A stretch of DNA of 60,606 bases, filler included. It is 4 parts of 4 records of this genome, joined end to end, with 100 filler letters (N's around TTAATTAATTAA, not from the genome) between each part and the next. Parts side by side here need not be neighbours in the genome. Positions count along the whole stretch, not along the records: positions 1 to 29,289 come from SRR31156797_8801; 3 more parts are not named here. One strand, given 5' to 3'. Of the stretch, positions 1-9,368 are shown one piece after another (within the stretch, counting starts at the first letter, position 1; each line of letters begins with the position of its first letter). The position numbers were made by a program, and so were the translations under genes. The notes under the pieces are model-generated. The model was given only the letters and a program-made list of their open reading frames with translations. It was not told the origin of the DNA and did no database searches.

Positions 1-43
1 AAAGGGTTTAAGAATCCCAAAACTTTTTATCGGGGCTTCGCCG
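1..43. repeat. Possible tail of a REP-like interspersed repeat at the contig edge
   Basis: AAAGGGTTTAAGAATCCCAAAACTTTTTATCGGGGCTTCGCCG resembles, from recollection, intergenic repeats of Maridesulfovibrio-like genomes. Only one copy is present here, so it cannot be verified. Confidence 0.3.
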
Positions 44-94
44 CTCGAGTTCCTATTTCAATTGGTTACTGACAAAGATATGAGGGAATTAAAT

Positions 95-1351
95 ATGGAT
101 AGATCGAACGGACTTTTTAATGATTATGAAAAGGATGCACCTGAAGTTCGCTCTGAAAGGCAATTAACAAATATTAAAGCTGTCATAGAAAAAGCGGAGG
201 AGTCTTCCAAAGAATTCAAGTCGCGTATGGAAGTGGCGGGGATCTCTTCTGCTGATATTACCGACCTTAAATCCTTCGGTAAAATTCCGGTCCTGCGCAA
301 AAAAGACTTGATTTCTTTGCAGAAGGAGAAAGGTCTTGATTGGTTGCTTACCGCTAAACCCGGCGAACTGAGCAGGATATACCAGTCTCCGGGGCCTATT
401 TTTGATCCTGAAGGGCGTGAAACTGATTATTGGGGTTGGACAGAAGGGTTTTATGCTGCAGGTTTCCGCAAAGGTGATTTGGTGCAGATGACTTTCAGCT
501 ATCACTTGACCCCGGCAGGGCTGATGCTTGAGCAGCCCTTACGTGAAATAGGATGTGCGGTGATCCCTGCGGGTCCGGGCAATACTCCGGTCCAGATGCA
601 GCTGTTGACCGACCTTCCCGTTACCGGATTTGTGGGCATGACCAGCTATTTGAAGGTCATTGCCGAGAAAGCGCAGGCAGACGGACTGGATCTGAAAAAG
701 GATTTTAACCTCGATGTGGCTTTTGTGGCTGCGGAACGACTGCCCGAATCCTTGCGTAGTGAAGTGGAAGAAGTTTTTGGCATGAAGGTCCGTCAGGGAT
801 ATGGAACCGCTGATCTAGGCTGCATTTCCTACGAATGCCTTGAGTTGGGAGGTATGCATATTTCCAGCCGTTGTTATGTGGAAATCTGCGATCCCAAGAC
901 CGGAGAACCGTTGCCCATGGGCGAGATCGGGGAAGTGGTCGTTACACCATACACACTGTCCTATCCGTTGGTCAGATTTGCTACCGGAGACCTTTCACGC
1001 ATGGTGGATGAGTCTTGCGCATGCGGACGTACCGCTCCCAAGCTGGCGGGTATTCTTGGCCGCGCCGACGATACTGCCAAGGTCAAGGGGCAGTTTGTGT
1101 ATCCTTCGCAAGTGGCCGAAGTTGTACGGGGTTTTTCGGCTATTGCGAAATACCAGATCGTAGTCAGTAATGAGGGCGGAAAGGATAAGTTGACCCTCAA
1201 GATGATTCTTAATGGTGAATTGGATGAAAAAGCGTTTATTCCCGCCTTTCAGGACAAGATCAAGCTGCGTCCGGTCATGGAAATCCTTGCGGATAATGAT
1301 AGTCTCAAAGATGACGCTGCCCCCCTTGTGGATGAGCGAACTTACGAGTAA
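95..1351 (+). CDS. Phenylacetate-CoA ligase family (AMP-binding) protein
   Basis: Motifs GCAVIPAGPGNT, QGYGTAD, GEIGEVVVT, YPLVRFATGDLS, GRADD..KVKG. ATG at 95 is preceded by GAGGGAA (the ORF track starts at 62). Confidence 0.85.
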   Translation: MDRSNGLFNDYEKDAPEVRSERQLTNIKAVIEKAEESSKEFKSRMEVAGISSADITDLKSFGKIPVLRKKDLISLQKEKGLDWLLTAKPGELSRIYQSPGPIFDPEGRETDYWGWTEGFYAAGFRKGDLVQMTFSYHLTPAGLMLEQPLREIGCAVIPAGPGNTPVQMQLLTDLPVTGFVGMTSYLKVIAEKAQADGLDLKKDFNLDVAFVAAERLPESLRSEVEEVFGMKVRQGYGTADLGCISYECLELGGMHISSRCYVEICDPKTGEPLPMGEIGEVVVTPYTLSYPLVRFATGDLSRMVDESCACGRTAPKLAGILGRADDTAKVKGQFVYPSQVAEVVRGFSAIAKYQIVVSNEGGKDKLTLKMILNGELDEKAFIPAFQDKIKLRPVMEILADNDSLKDDAAPLVDERTYE

Positions 1352-1376
1352 CTTCCGATAAAACTGTAGCAACATT

Positions 1377-1437
1377 TTGTCGGTCCGGTCGGGAAGCAGT
1401 TTATTTGAACTCCTCTGTTTCCCGGCTGGTCTGACAA
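1377..1437 (+). terminator. Long 23-bp hairpin downstream of the CoA ligase (terminator or RNA stability element)
   Basis: Arms 1377-1399 and 1415-1437. Four of the five non-Watson-Crick positions are G-U pairs on the + strand. No strong U-tract follows. Confidence 0.5.
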
Positions 1438-1528
1438 TTCCTGAAATTTAAAACCTCCGGAAGTCTCTCGGAATTAGAAAATTTAGGTCATTGCTTTTTA
1501 ATCGGAAGACAGTTGGTGAAGTCGCAGT

Positions 1529-2956
1529 ATGAACAAAACCTTATTCCCCAAGAATCCTGTGCTCCTTGTTGATGATGAGGAAACATGGACCCGTTCCTTC
1601 TCTCTTGCCCTCAAGTCAGCGGGTATAAACAATATTTTGTGCTGCAACGACAGTCGCGAAGTAGAATTTATCCTCCAAAACACAGAGGTGGAAGTCATTG
1701 CCGCCGACCTCGCCATGCCTCATGTCAGCGGTGAGGATCTTATTAGGCTGGTAACTTCAAAATATGCGGACATTCCCATTCTGGTCATCACCGGCATGAG
1801 TCAGGTAGAAACAGCGGTGCAGTGCGTAAAGCTGGGGGCCTTTGATTTCTTTGTCAAAACCTATGATAAAAGCTCGCTGGTCTCCGGTATCCGGCACGCC
1901 ATCCAGATTCGTGAACTTAAGCGGGAAAATACCACCCTGCGTTCCCGCTTCTTTGATGACCGGCTCGAACATCCTGAGACTTTTGAGAATATCATCACTG
2001 CAAACTCGGCTATGCGCTCCATCTTCAAGTATATCGAGGCCATTGCTGAATCATCCCAACCGGTGCTGATTACCGGAGAATCGGGAGTAGGTAAGGAACT
2101 TATTGCTGGAGCCATCCACCGAGCCAGCGGACGATCCGGCGAGTTTCTTCCGGTCAACGTGGCCGGGCTTGATGACAATATTTTTGCAGACACTCTCTTC
2201 GGACACAAGAAGGGAGCCTTTACTGGAGCGGACAAAGCCCGTCCGGGGTTGGTGGTCAATGCTGCCGGAGGAACACTTTTTCTCGATGAAATAGGAGACC
2301 TTGCCCATGGTTCGCAGTTGAAACTGCTGCGGTTGGTTCAGGAGCGTGAATACATGGCTATCGGTTCGGACCTGACCCGTAAGACCGATGCCCGCATTAT
2401 CGCCGCCACCAATCTCGATCCTGAAGAGCTGAACAAAAGCGGAAAATTTCGCAGCGATCTTTATTACAGACTCAAGGCCCACCATGTGCATATACCGCCG
2501 TTGCGTGACCGTAGGGAAGACCTGCCATTGCTGGTTGATTATTTTCTGGCTCAGGCTTGTGAAAATGAGGGCCGGAGCAAACCTGAAATTCCAGGCGAAC
2601 TCAGCAGTCTGTTCATGGGGTATGATTTTCCCGGAAATGTACGGGAACTCCAATTTCTGGTTATGGATGCAGTCAGCTGTACTGAGGGTGCAATCCTGAA
2701 CAGCGAGCGACTGCAGAACCATATAGGAAAGGTTGCGCCGGTATACTTGGAAGCAGGGCCGGCCATTGCTGGCAGGCAAAAGGTGGCCTTCGGCACAGAG
2801 CTTCCTACCCTCAAGGAAGTAAGTGAAGAACTGACCTTGGAGGCTATGCGTCGTGCGGAAAACAATCAGGTGGCAGCGGCCCGAAGTCTTGGGATATCAC
2901 GACAGGCTTTGAATAAGAGACTAAACAATATGAAGCGGGATAACAGCGAGAACTGA
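1529..2956 (+). CDS. Sigma54-dependent response regulator (NtrC family: REC, AAA+, Fis-type HTH)
   Basis: VLLVDDE receiver, GESGVGKE Walker A, GAFTGA, LFLDEIG, FPGNVREL, C-terminal AARSLGISR helix-turn-helix. Confidence 0.95.
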   Translation: MNKTLFPKNPVLLVDDEETWTRSFSLALKSAGINNILCCNDSREVEFILQNTEVEVIAADLAMPHVSGEDLIRLVTSKYADIPILVITGMSQVETAVQCVKLGAFDFFVKTYDKSSLVSGIRHAIQIRELKRENTTLRSRFFDDRLEHPETFENIITANSAMRSIFKYIEAIAESSQPVLITGESGVGKELIAGAIHRASGRSGEFLPVNVAGLDDNIFADTLFGHKKGAFTGADKARPGLVVNAAGGTLFLDEIGDLAHGSQLKLLRLVQEREYMAIGSDLTRKTDARIIAATNLDPEELNKSGKFRSDLYYRLKAHHVHIPPLRDRREDLPLLVDYFLAQACENEGRSKPEIPGELSSLFMGYDFPGNVRELQFLVMDAVSCTEGAILNSERLQNHIGKVAPVYLEAGPAIAGRQKVAFGTELPTLKEVSEELTLEAMRRAENNQVAAARSLGISRQALNKRLNNMKRDNSEN

Positions 2957-2966
2957 CGGATTCAGC

Positions 2967-4571
2967 ATGGGTTTCGAAATAAAGAGATTAAACAAACGAG
3001 TCAGTGTGCTTGCGGAACAGAACAACCGTTTGCGGAAAGAAATTAAACAACTGCGGGCACTCATTGATGCTCCCCGCAATTTAATGCAGTTTTCTTTTGA
3101 TTCCGAATACCGTTATATTAACTACAATCAGGCCCATTTTGAATTCATAAAGCATAGCTGGGGTGTGACCATCTGTCCCGGAATGAATATTTTGGATATT
3201 TTTTCCAGCGATCAGGACCGGGAATCCGCAAAAAGCCATTTTGACCGCGTTTTAAGCGGTGAGTCATACATTTTGAAAAGGGAATACAAGCGTCGCAAAG
3301 GTGATATTCGTTTCTATGAAAATACCTATGTCCCAGTCTTTGAAAACGGGCAGATCGTTGCCGGATCAGTTGCAGCGCACGACATTACCGAATGGAGTGA
3401 AATTGAAGAGGAAGGGCGTAAGTATCGGGCAATATTCGATAAAGCTCTTGAAGGTATTTTTCGTTCCACGGCAAAAGGAAGATTCATAGAGGCCAATCAA
3501 GAGATGGCTCGCATTCTGGGTTACAACAGCCCGGAAGAGCTCATGGAATCTATTACTGACATCAGCAAGCAACTTTATTGCGAGCCGGTTGAGCGGGACA
3601 CGGTCATGGCTATCCTGCGCGATCAGGAGCTGGTCAAAGATTTCGAGACGCGCATGTTTCGCAAGGACGGCACATCCATCTGGGTTGAATTCAATGCCCG
3701 TTGCGAAAAGGATGAAGAAGGGCACACCCTTTATGTGGAGGGCAAGCTTACCGATATTTCTACGCGAAAGGAAAATGACCGCCGCCGCCGGCAGATGGTG
3801 CAGGCTGAGAAAATGGCATCGCTCGGCGTTCTTGTGGCCGGGGTGGCCCATGAAATCAATAATCCTAACAGCTACCTGACCTTGAATTTGCCCACATTGC
3901 GCGATGTTTGGAATGATGCGCAGGAGATTCTTGATGAATACAGTGACGAGCATGGAGATTTTGTTCTTGGAGGGTTGGAATATTCCGAACTGCGCGAACA
4001 GTTTCCCTACCTACTCAGTGAAATGATCGAAGGAGCGGGACGTATCAAGGATATAGTGTCCCAGCTCAAGGACTATTCACGGCAGGACAGCGAGGATGTT
4101 CGCGAGTTTACGGAATTGAACAACGTCGTACGCGGGGCTTTGACTTTTGTGCGGCACAAGATCAAAAAATCGGTTCGCCATTTTGAGCTTACGCTACCTG
4201 AAAAAAGTCCGGTGGTGGAAGGTAACCCGCAACGGCTGATACAGGTCCTTATGAACCTCATAGTCAACAGCTGCGAGGCTATGTCAGAGGAAGACAGCCA
4301 TTTGTCGGTATCGGTCAGTACCGGACGCGATGAGGACAAAGAGGCCATGCTGGCCATGATTATCGTAAAAGATAATGGACACGGCATCCCGGAAGAAAAT
4401 CTGCGTCATATCGAGGACCCGTTTTTCACCACCAAGCGTGACAGTGGCGGGACCGGGCTTGGCCTTTCCATTTCCTCAAGCATAATCAAAAAGAACAACG
4501 GTAGCCTTGAGTTTTCATCCACGCCCGATGGAGGTACTGTAGCGGTTATGAAGTTGCCTCTTTATAAGTAA
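2967..4571 (+). CDS. Cytoplasmic PAS-domain sensor histidine kinase (NtrB-like)
   Basis: N-terminal coiled coil, two PAS/PAC-like regions, H-box AGVAHEINNP, DNGHGI, PFFTTK, GTGLGLS. No transmembrane segment seen. Confidence 0.93.
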   Translation: MGFEIKRLNKRVSVLAEQNNRLRKEIKQLRALIDAPRNLMQFSFDSEYRYINYNQAHFEFIKHSWGVTICPGMNILDIFSSDQDRESAKSHFDRVLSGESYILKREYKRRKGDIRFYENTYVPVFENGQIVAGSVAAHDITEWSEIEEEGRKYRAIFDKALEGIFRSTAKGRFIEANQEMARILGYNSPEELMESITDISKQLYCEPVERDTVMAILRDQELVKDFETRMFRKDGTSIWVEFNARCEKDEEGHTLYVEGKLTDISTRKENDRRRRQMVQAEKMASLGVLVAGVAHEINNPNSYLTLNLPTLRDVWNDAQEILDEYSDEHGDFVLGGLEYSELREQFPYLLSEMIEGAGRIKDIVSQLKDYSRQDSEDVREFTELNNVVRGALTFVRHKIKKSVRHFELTLPEKSPVVEGNPQRLIQVLMNLIVNSCEAMSEEDSHLSVSVSTGRDEDKEAMLAMIIVKDNGHGIPEENLRHIEDPFFTTKRDSGGTGLGLSISSSIIKKNNGSLEFSSTPDGGTVAVMKLPLYK

Positions 4572-4610
4572 AATACTGTCATTGCAGGCGGGCAACAGGC
4601 CTGAGTATGA

Positions 4611-4651
4611 ATTTATTGCATGCAATGGGGGGTGGCTTGCATGCAATAAAT
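4611..4651. promoter_or_regulatory. Perfect 15-bp inverted repeat, likely enhancer (UAS) for a sigma54 activator
   Basis: ATTTATTGCATGCAA (4611-4625), 11-nt spacer, TTGCATGCAATAAAT (4637-4651). It lies about 100-140 bp upstream of the -24/-12 element. Confidence 0.65.
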
Positions 4652-4749
4652 GTGTGCAATTGCGGGGTTTATATTTTAGCTGCACGAATTTTTTGAAATT
4701 CAGCTAGTTTTTTCAGTGCGTTGCGAGAGTTTGTTCTACCGTTGGTTTA

Positions 4750-4765
4750 TGGCATGTCTTGTGCT
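4750..4765 (+). promoter_or_regulatory. Sigma54 (-24/-12) promoter of the fdhF operon
   Basis: TGGCATGTCTTGTGCT with GG(4751-52)-N10-GC(4763-64). Two sigma54 activator genes flank the operon. Confidence 0.8.
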
Positions 4766-4776
4766 AAGCGAGCCAC

Positions 4777-6876
4777 ATGCAACGTACAACTACAACATGT
4801 CCATATTGCGGTGCGGGCTGTTCCCTTTCTTTGGAAGTGGAAAATGACCGTATCGTGAGTGTTTCACCCGGCCCCGAGCCATCGGTCAATCAGGGGGCCT
4901 TGTGTTCCAAAGGTCGGTTCGGTTTTGATTTCGTCCACCATCGTGATCGGCTTACGAATCCGCTTGTGCGCAAAAAAGGCGAACTGGTTCCCGTTTCATG
5001 GGATGAGGCACTTGAACTTGTCGCAGAACGGTTGAGCACAATTGTAACTGAGCACGGTCCTGAGGCTGTTGGTGGGTTCAGCAGTGCCCGCTGCACTAAT
5101 GAAGAAAATTACCTTTTCCAAAAACTTTTTCGCGCAGGACTCGGCAGTAACAATGTCGATCACTGCGCACGTCTCTGACACGCCCCCACCGTGGCCGGTC
5201 TGGCCACCTCTTTGGGAAGCGGTTCCATGACCAACTCCATCCGTGAATTATGGGATATGGGGCAGGGTGACTGTGTTTGCGCTATCGGCACAAACACAAC
5301 TGAGTGTCATCCAATTATAGGTATAGGGATGATGGAGGCAAAAAGGAACGGGGCTGGATTAGTGGTCATCGACCCGAGAGAAATTGATCTTGCCCGTCAG
5401 GCCGATATCTGGCTCAGGCTCCGGCCCGGAACTGACACTCCTCTGCTTTCTTCCATTGCCCGGGTTATTTTGGATGAAGGGTTGGCCGATGTGGAAACCG
5501 TGGCCGCAGCCACGGAAGATTTTGAATCCTTCCGGGAGGGGTTGCAGGCTTTTGATCCTGAAAGTGTCTCCGCCATCGCCGAGGTCCCTGCGGAAGATAT
5601 CCGCAAAGCTGCTCGACTCATCAGCCAATCTGTCAACACTGCTTTTTATTACACCATGGGCGTGACCCAGCACACCACCGGTACTAATAACGTTCTTTCC
5701 GTGTCCAATCTAGCGTTGCTCACCGGTAATCTCGGGCGGCCCAAAACCGGTGTGAATCCATTGCGGGGTCAGAACAACGTTCAAGGTTCATGCGATATGG
5801 GCGCATTGCCTAATGTGCTGACCGGATACCGTTCTGTGGGCGATGATGCTGTGCGGGCTGTTTTTGAGTCCCATTGGAATGTGACGTTGCCTGCAGCACC
5901 GGGAATGACCATCCCGAAGATGCTTAATTCTATTGAGGAAGACAGTCTCAAGGGGCTATTTGTCTTTGGTGAAAACCCCATGCGTAGTGATCCGGACATC
6001 ACGCATGTGGAACATTGTCTGCGTCATGTTGATTTTCTTGTGGTCCAGGATCTTTTTCTTACTGAAACAGCCGAACTGGCTGATGTTGTCCTGCCTGGAG
6101 CCAGCTTTGCCGAAAAGGATGGTACTTTTACCAGTACCGAAAGGCGTGTTCAGCGTGTCCGTCAGGCGGTGAATCCGGTTGGGAACAGCCGTCCTGACTG
6201 GAAAATACTGACCGAACTTTTGACGCGTCTGGGACGTCCAGAGCGTTATGCGAGTGCTTGCGAAGTATTTGATGAGATGCGCTTGCTGACTCCCACCCAT
6301 GCAGGCATCAGTTACAAGAGGCTTGAATCCGGGGGTGTTCAGTGGCCCTGTCCTGACGAGTCGCATCCGGGAACCCCAATCCTTCATGTCGGAGGTTGCA
6401 TGCGTGGCCCCGGGCGTTTAGTGCCGCTAGTTCACCGTGAACCTGCAGAGCTGCCGGATGCCGAATATCCGCTGACCCTAACTACAGGAAGGGTTGTGGC
6501 CCATTATCATACGGCTACCATGACTCGTCGTTGTTTCGGGTTGGCAGGGACATGGCCTGAAGAACTCGTGGAGATTCATCCGGTTGATGCTGCCGAATAT
6601 GGCATTGCTGACGGTGATCTCGTGCAATTAAGTACCCGCCGGGGAACCGTTAAGGCTCGTGCATGGGTTACGCGGCGTGTTCGGCATGGTCTCGTCTTCA
6701 TGACTTTTCACTTTTCTGAAAGTCCGGGCAATCTACTGACTACCTCGGCAGCTGATCCGGTTACCGGCACTCCTCAATTGAAAGTATGTGCCGTTTCCAT
6801 TTGTAAATTTAAGGGGTCTACCGATTTGGTGTCTCCTGTGTCCATAAAGGAGCAAGCTTCATGTCATACCGTTTGA
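4777..6876 (+). CDS. fdhF: Selenocysteine-containing formate dehydrogenase H-type catalytic subunit (699 aa, Sec at TGA 5176-5178)
   Basis: ORFs 4777-5178 and 5191-6876 are in frame, joined by DHCARL-TGA-HAPTVAGL at the Mo/W-ligand position. N-terminal CPYCGAGC..C [4Fe-4S] motif, LRGQNNVQG, and a SECIS-like hairpin follows the TGA. Confidence 0.95.
5191..5207 (+). promoter_or_regulatory. Bacterial SECIS element
   Basis: GTGGCC-GGTCT-GGCCAC hairpin starting 12 nt after the in-frame TGA. Position and GGUC loop match the E. coli fdhF SECIS pattern. Confidence 0.85.
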
Positions 6877-7451
6877 CCCCTTTTATCCTTGCCAGTGCGG
6901 CTAAATGTATTGGTTGCCGGGCCTGTGAACTGGCCTGCGCCGCCGCTCATCTGCGGGGCGGAGTTTCTGTGGGGAGTCTACAGGGACCCCTTTCCCCGCG
7001 GATTTACCTGATTCGGACTGATGAGGTTTGTGTCCCGATCGGATGCCGTCATTGTGAGGATGCCCCTTGCGCCGCAGTTTGTCCCAATGGAGCCATCCGC
7101 CGTACCGAATTTGGTGTGCAGGTGGATGAAGAACGTTGTGTGGGGTGTAAGACCTGCCTTGCAGCATGCCCAGTCGGAGCTATGGAGATGGCTCAGATAT
7201 GGAAGAATGGTCAGCCGGTTCTTCGCCGTGTGACTGACCCGGTCGACCCTGATTCTTATAGTGTTGAACCGGCTCTACTGGCCAGTAAGTGTGACCTGTG
7301 TCACGAACGCAAAAGCGGCCCGGCTTGCGTAGAGGCCTGCCCCAAGGATGCCTTGATGCTGGTAGACCCCATGAAAATAAAAAAACGCCGCAGCCTTGAA
7401 GCAGCATTGGCCCTTGCCGGGGCCGGAGCCAGGGCAGGGGAGGAGCTGTAA
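6861..7451 (+). CDS. 4Fe-4S electron-transfer subunit (HycB/HydN family)
   Basis: CIGCRACELAC, CRHCEDAPCAAVCP, CVGCKTCLAACP, KCDLC...PACVEACP. Overlaps the end of fdhF by 16 nt. Confidence 0.92.
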   Translation: MSYRLTPFILASAAKCIGCRACELACAAAHLRGGVSVGSLQGPLSPRIYLIRTDEVCVPIGCRHCEDAPCAAVCPNGAIRRTEFGVQVDEERCVGCKTCLAACPVGAMEMAQIWKNGQPVLRRVTDPVDPDSYSVEPALLASKCDLCHERKSGPACVEACPKDALMLVDPMKIKKRRSLEAALALAGAGARAGEEL

Positions 7452-8839
7452 TGACAACCATTGCCCAAGTCGTATTCATAGATCCTAAAGTCTGTACCGG
7501 ATGTCGTCGCTGTTCTGAAGTTTGTCCGGTGGATGCCATTGTCGGCAGCGAAGGTGAACCCCAGTCCATTGATACTTCCCGCTGTGTTGTTTGTGGGCAG
7601 TGCGTGTTGGCTTGCTCGGCTTTTATTACTCCCTTTGATGATGCTGCGGAGAATATTCCGGCCATACGTTGTGAGCGCGGGCTTGCCGAGAATGATTCCT
7701 CTCCTCTGTTTGCTGCACATTTCCGTAATGATACAAGGTGTGTGACTAATCTGCTGGCCGACCCTTCTAAGAAATCAATGGTCCAGTGCGCTCCGGCGGT
7801 ACGTACTTCAATTGCCGAAGAATATGGTTTAGCTCCGGGAACCCTGACTCCGGGACAATTGGCTGCATCCCTGCGCCGTCTCGGTTTTGATGCTGTCTAC
7901 GATACCATTTTCGCGGCGGATGTGACCATTATGGAAGAGGCTTCAGAACTGTTGGAGCGAGTGGAGTCCGGTGGAACCTTGCCTATGTTTACATCCTGCT
8001 GTCCAGGTTGGGTGCGTTACATGGAAACTGCCTGGCCCGATCTGACCGATCATCTTTCAAGCTGCAAATCGCCACAGCAAATGGCCGGAGCACTGTTCAA
8101 GACTTATGGTGCGGAGATTGCCGGTGTTGGACCGGCGGCCATCGCCAGTGTCGCAGTTATGCCCTGCACGGCTAAAAAACATGAGGCCGCACGGACAGAG
8201 ATGCAGGCCAGCGGTCACCCTGATGTGGATGCGGTTCTTACCGTAACCGAACTGGCGGCTATGCTGAAGGAAAAGGGGATTAATCTTGCCGAAATGCCTG
8301 AAGAGGAATTTGATATTCCTATGGGGCTGTATTCAGGGGCTGGAGTTATTTTCGGAGCGTCCGGCGGTGTTATGGAGGCTGCGCTTCGCACGGCTATTGC
8401 CGTCACTACCGGTAATGATGTCTGTGAAAGCGGAGTGGTCTTTTCTCCGGCAGGCACGGGCATCCGCAGGGCTTCTATAGAAGTGGCCGGAAAGACTGTT
8501 CGTGCAGTCATTGTTTCAGGACTGGCCAACGCAGTTTCTTTGCTTGAGGAAGTCCGTGCCGGAGAGGCTGATTTTGATTTTATGGAGGTCATGTGCTGCC
8601 CCGGAGGTTGTGTAGCCGGAGGGGGCCAGCCTAAATTGCTGCCCGGAGTAGATATTGCCGATGCACTTGCCCGTCGTCGCAGCAGTCTGCATCGTCATGA
8701 TAAGGAATTGCCGGTGCGCGCTTCGCATAAAAACGAGTCCGTTGTTGCCTTGTATGAAAAGTTTCTGGAAAAACCTTTGGGACATCGTTCGCATGAGCTT
8801 TTGCATACGCACTACGGAATGGACAGTGAGGGACATTAG
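7451..8839 (+). CDS. hydA: Monomeric cytoplasmic [FeFe]-hydrogenase with 2x[4Fe-4S] N-domain (HDCR HydA2-like)
   Basis: H-cluster motifs FTSCCPGW, MPCTAKKHE, EVMCCPGGCVAGGGQP. Two ferredoxin motifs, C-terminal ELLHTHY, no Tat signal. Translationally coupled to the upstream gene (TAATG). Confidence 0.95.
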   Translation: MTTIAQVVFIDPKVCTGCRRCSEVCPVDAIVGSEGEPQSIDTSRCVVCGQCVLACSAFITPFDDAAENIPAIRCERGLAENDSSPLFAAHFRNDTRCVTNLLADPSKKSMVQCAPAVRTSIAEEYGLAPGTLTPGQLAASLRRLGFDAVYDTIFAADVTIMEEASELLERVESGGTLPMFTSCCPGWVRYMETAWPDLTDHLSSCKSPQQMAGALFKTYGAEIAGVGPAAIASVAVMPCTAKKHEAARTEMQASGHPDVDAVLTVTELAAMLKEKGINLAEMPEEEFDIPMGLYSGAGVIFGASGGVMEAALRTAIAVTTGNDVCESGVVFSPAGTGIRRASIEVAGKTVRAVIVSGLANAVSLLEEVRAGEADFDFMEVMCCPGGCVAGGGQPKLLPGVDIADALARRRSSLHRHDKELPVRASHKNESVVALYEKFLEKPLGHRSHELLHTHYGMDSEGH

Positions 8840-8841
8840 TA

Positions 8842-9354
8842 ATGAATGCTTTTGTTTTGGCTGACCCTTCCCGTTGTATCGGTTGCCGGGCTTGTGAGAT
8901 CGCTTGTGTGGATGCCCATATGGATTCTGACATGGGCACGGCTATGGAAAGAGGACTTACTTTCAGTCCGCGTATTTCCGTGGTGCGCGAGTCCGGTGTT
9001 ACTGTGCCCATTCAGTGCCGGCAGTGTGAGGATGCGCCTTGTGCAACTGTTTGTCCTTCCGGAGCCATTACCTTTAACGGCAGGTCGGTGGTGATCGATG
9101 CAGAGCAATGCTTCGGATGTAAGACGTGTCTTGCCGCTTGTCCGGTAGGAGCAATGCAGGTCGGGATAATCAACAGTGAACGCGAAGCTCCGGTAGCTCA
9201 CAAATGTGATTTATGTGCCGGAAATGCTGATAAACCCGCTTGTGTTTCCGTATGTCCTGCCGGGGCATTGAATCTCTTTTCCCGTGAGGTTCTGCAAAAA
9301 CTCTCGGCTAATAAGCGTCTGGAAAATGCACGCATGACAGCCCATAATAGCTAA
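8842..9354 (+). CDS. Second 4Fe-4S electron-transfer subunit (HycB/HydN family)
   Basis: ADPSRCIGCRACEIAC, CRQCEDAPCATVCP, CFGCKTCLAACP, KCDLC..PACVSVCP. Confidence 0.92.
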   Translation: MNAFVLADPSRCIGCRACEIACVDAHMDSDMGTAMERGLTFSPRISVVRESGVTVPIQCRQCEDAPCATVCPSGAITFNGRSVVIDAEQCFGCKTCLAACPVGAMQVGIINSEREAPVAHKCDLCAGNADKPACVSVCPAGALNLFSREVLQKLSANKRLENARMTAHNS

Positions 9355-9368
9355 TAATTTAAGTCAAA

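Noticed and set aside
4777-6876. fdhF as a split gene or pseudogene (two ORFs in the track)
   Set aside because: The TGA is in frame at the catalytic residue and followed by a SECIS-like hairpin, so selenocysteine is the better reading.
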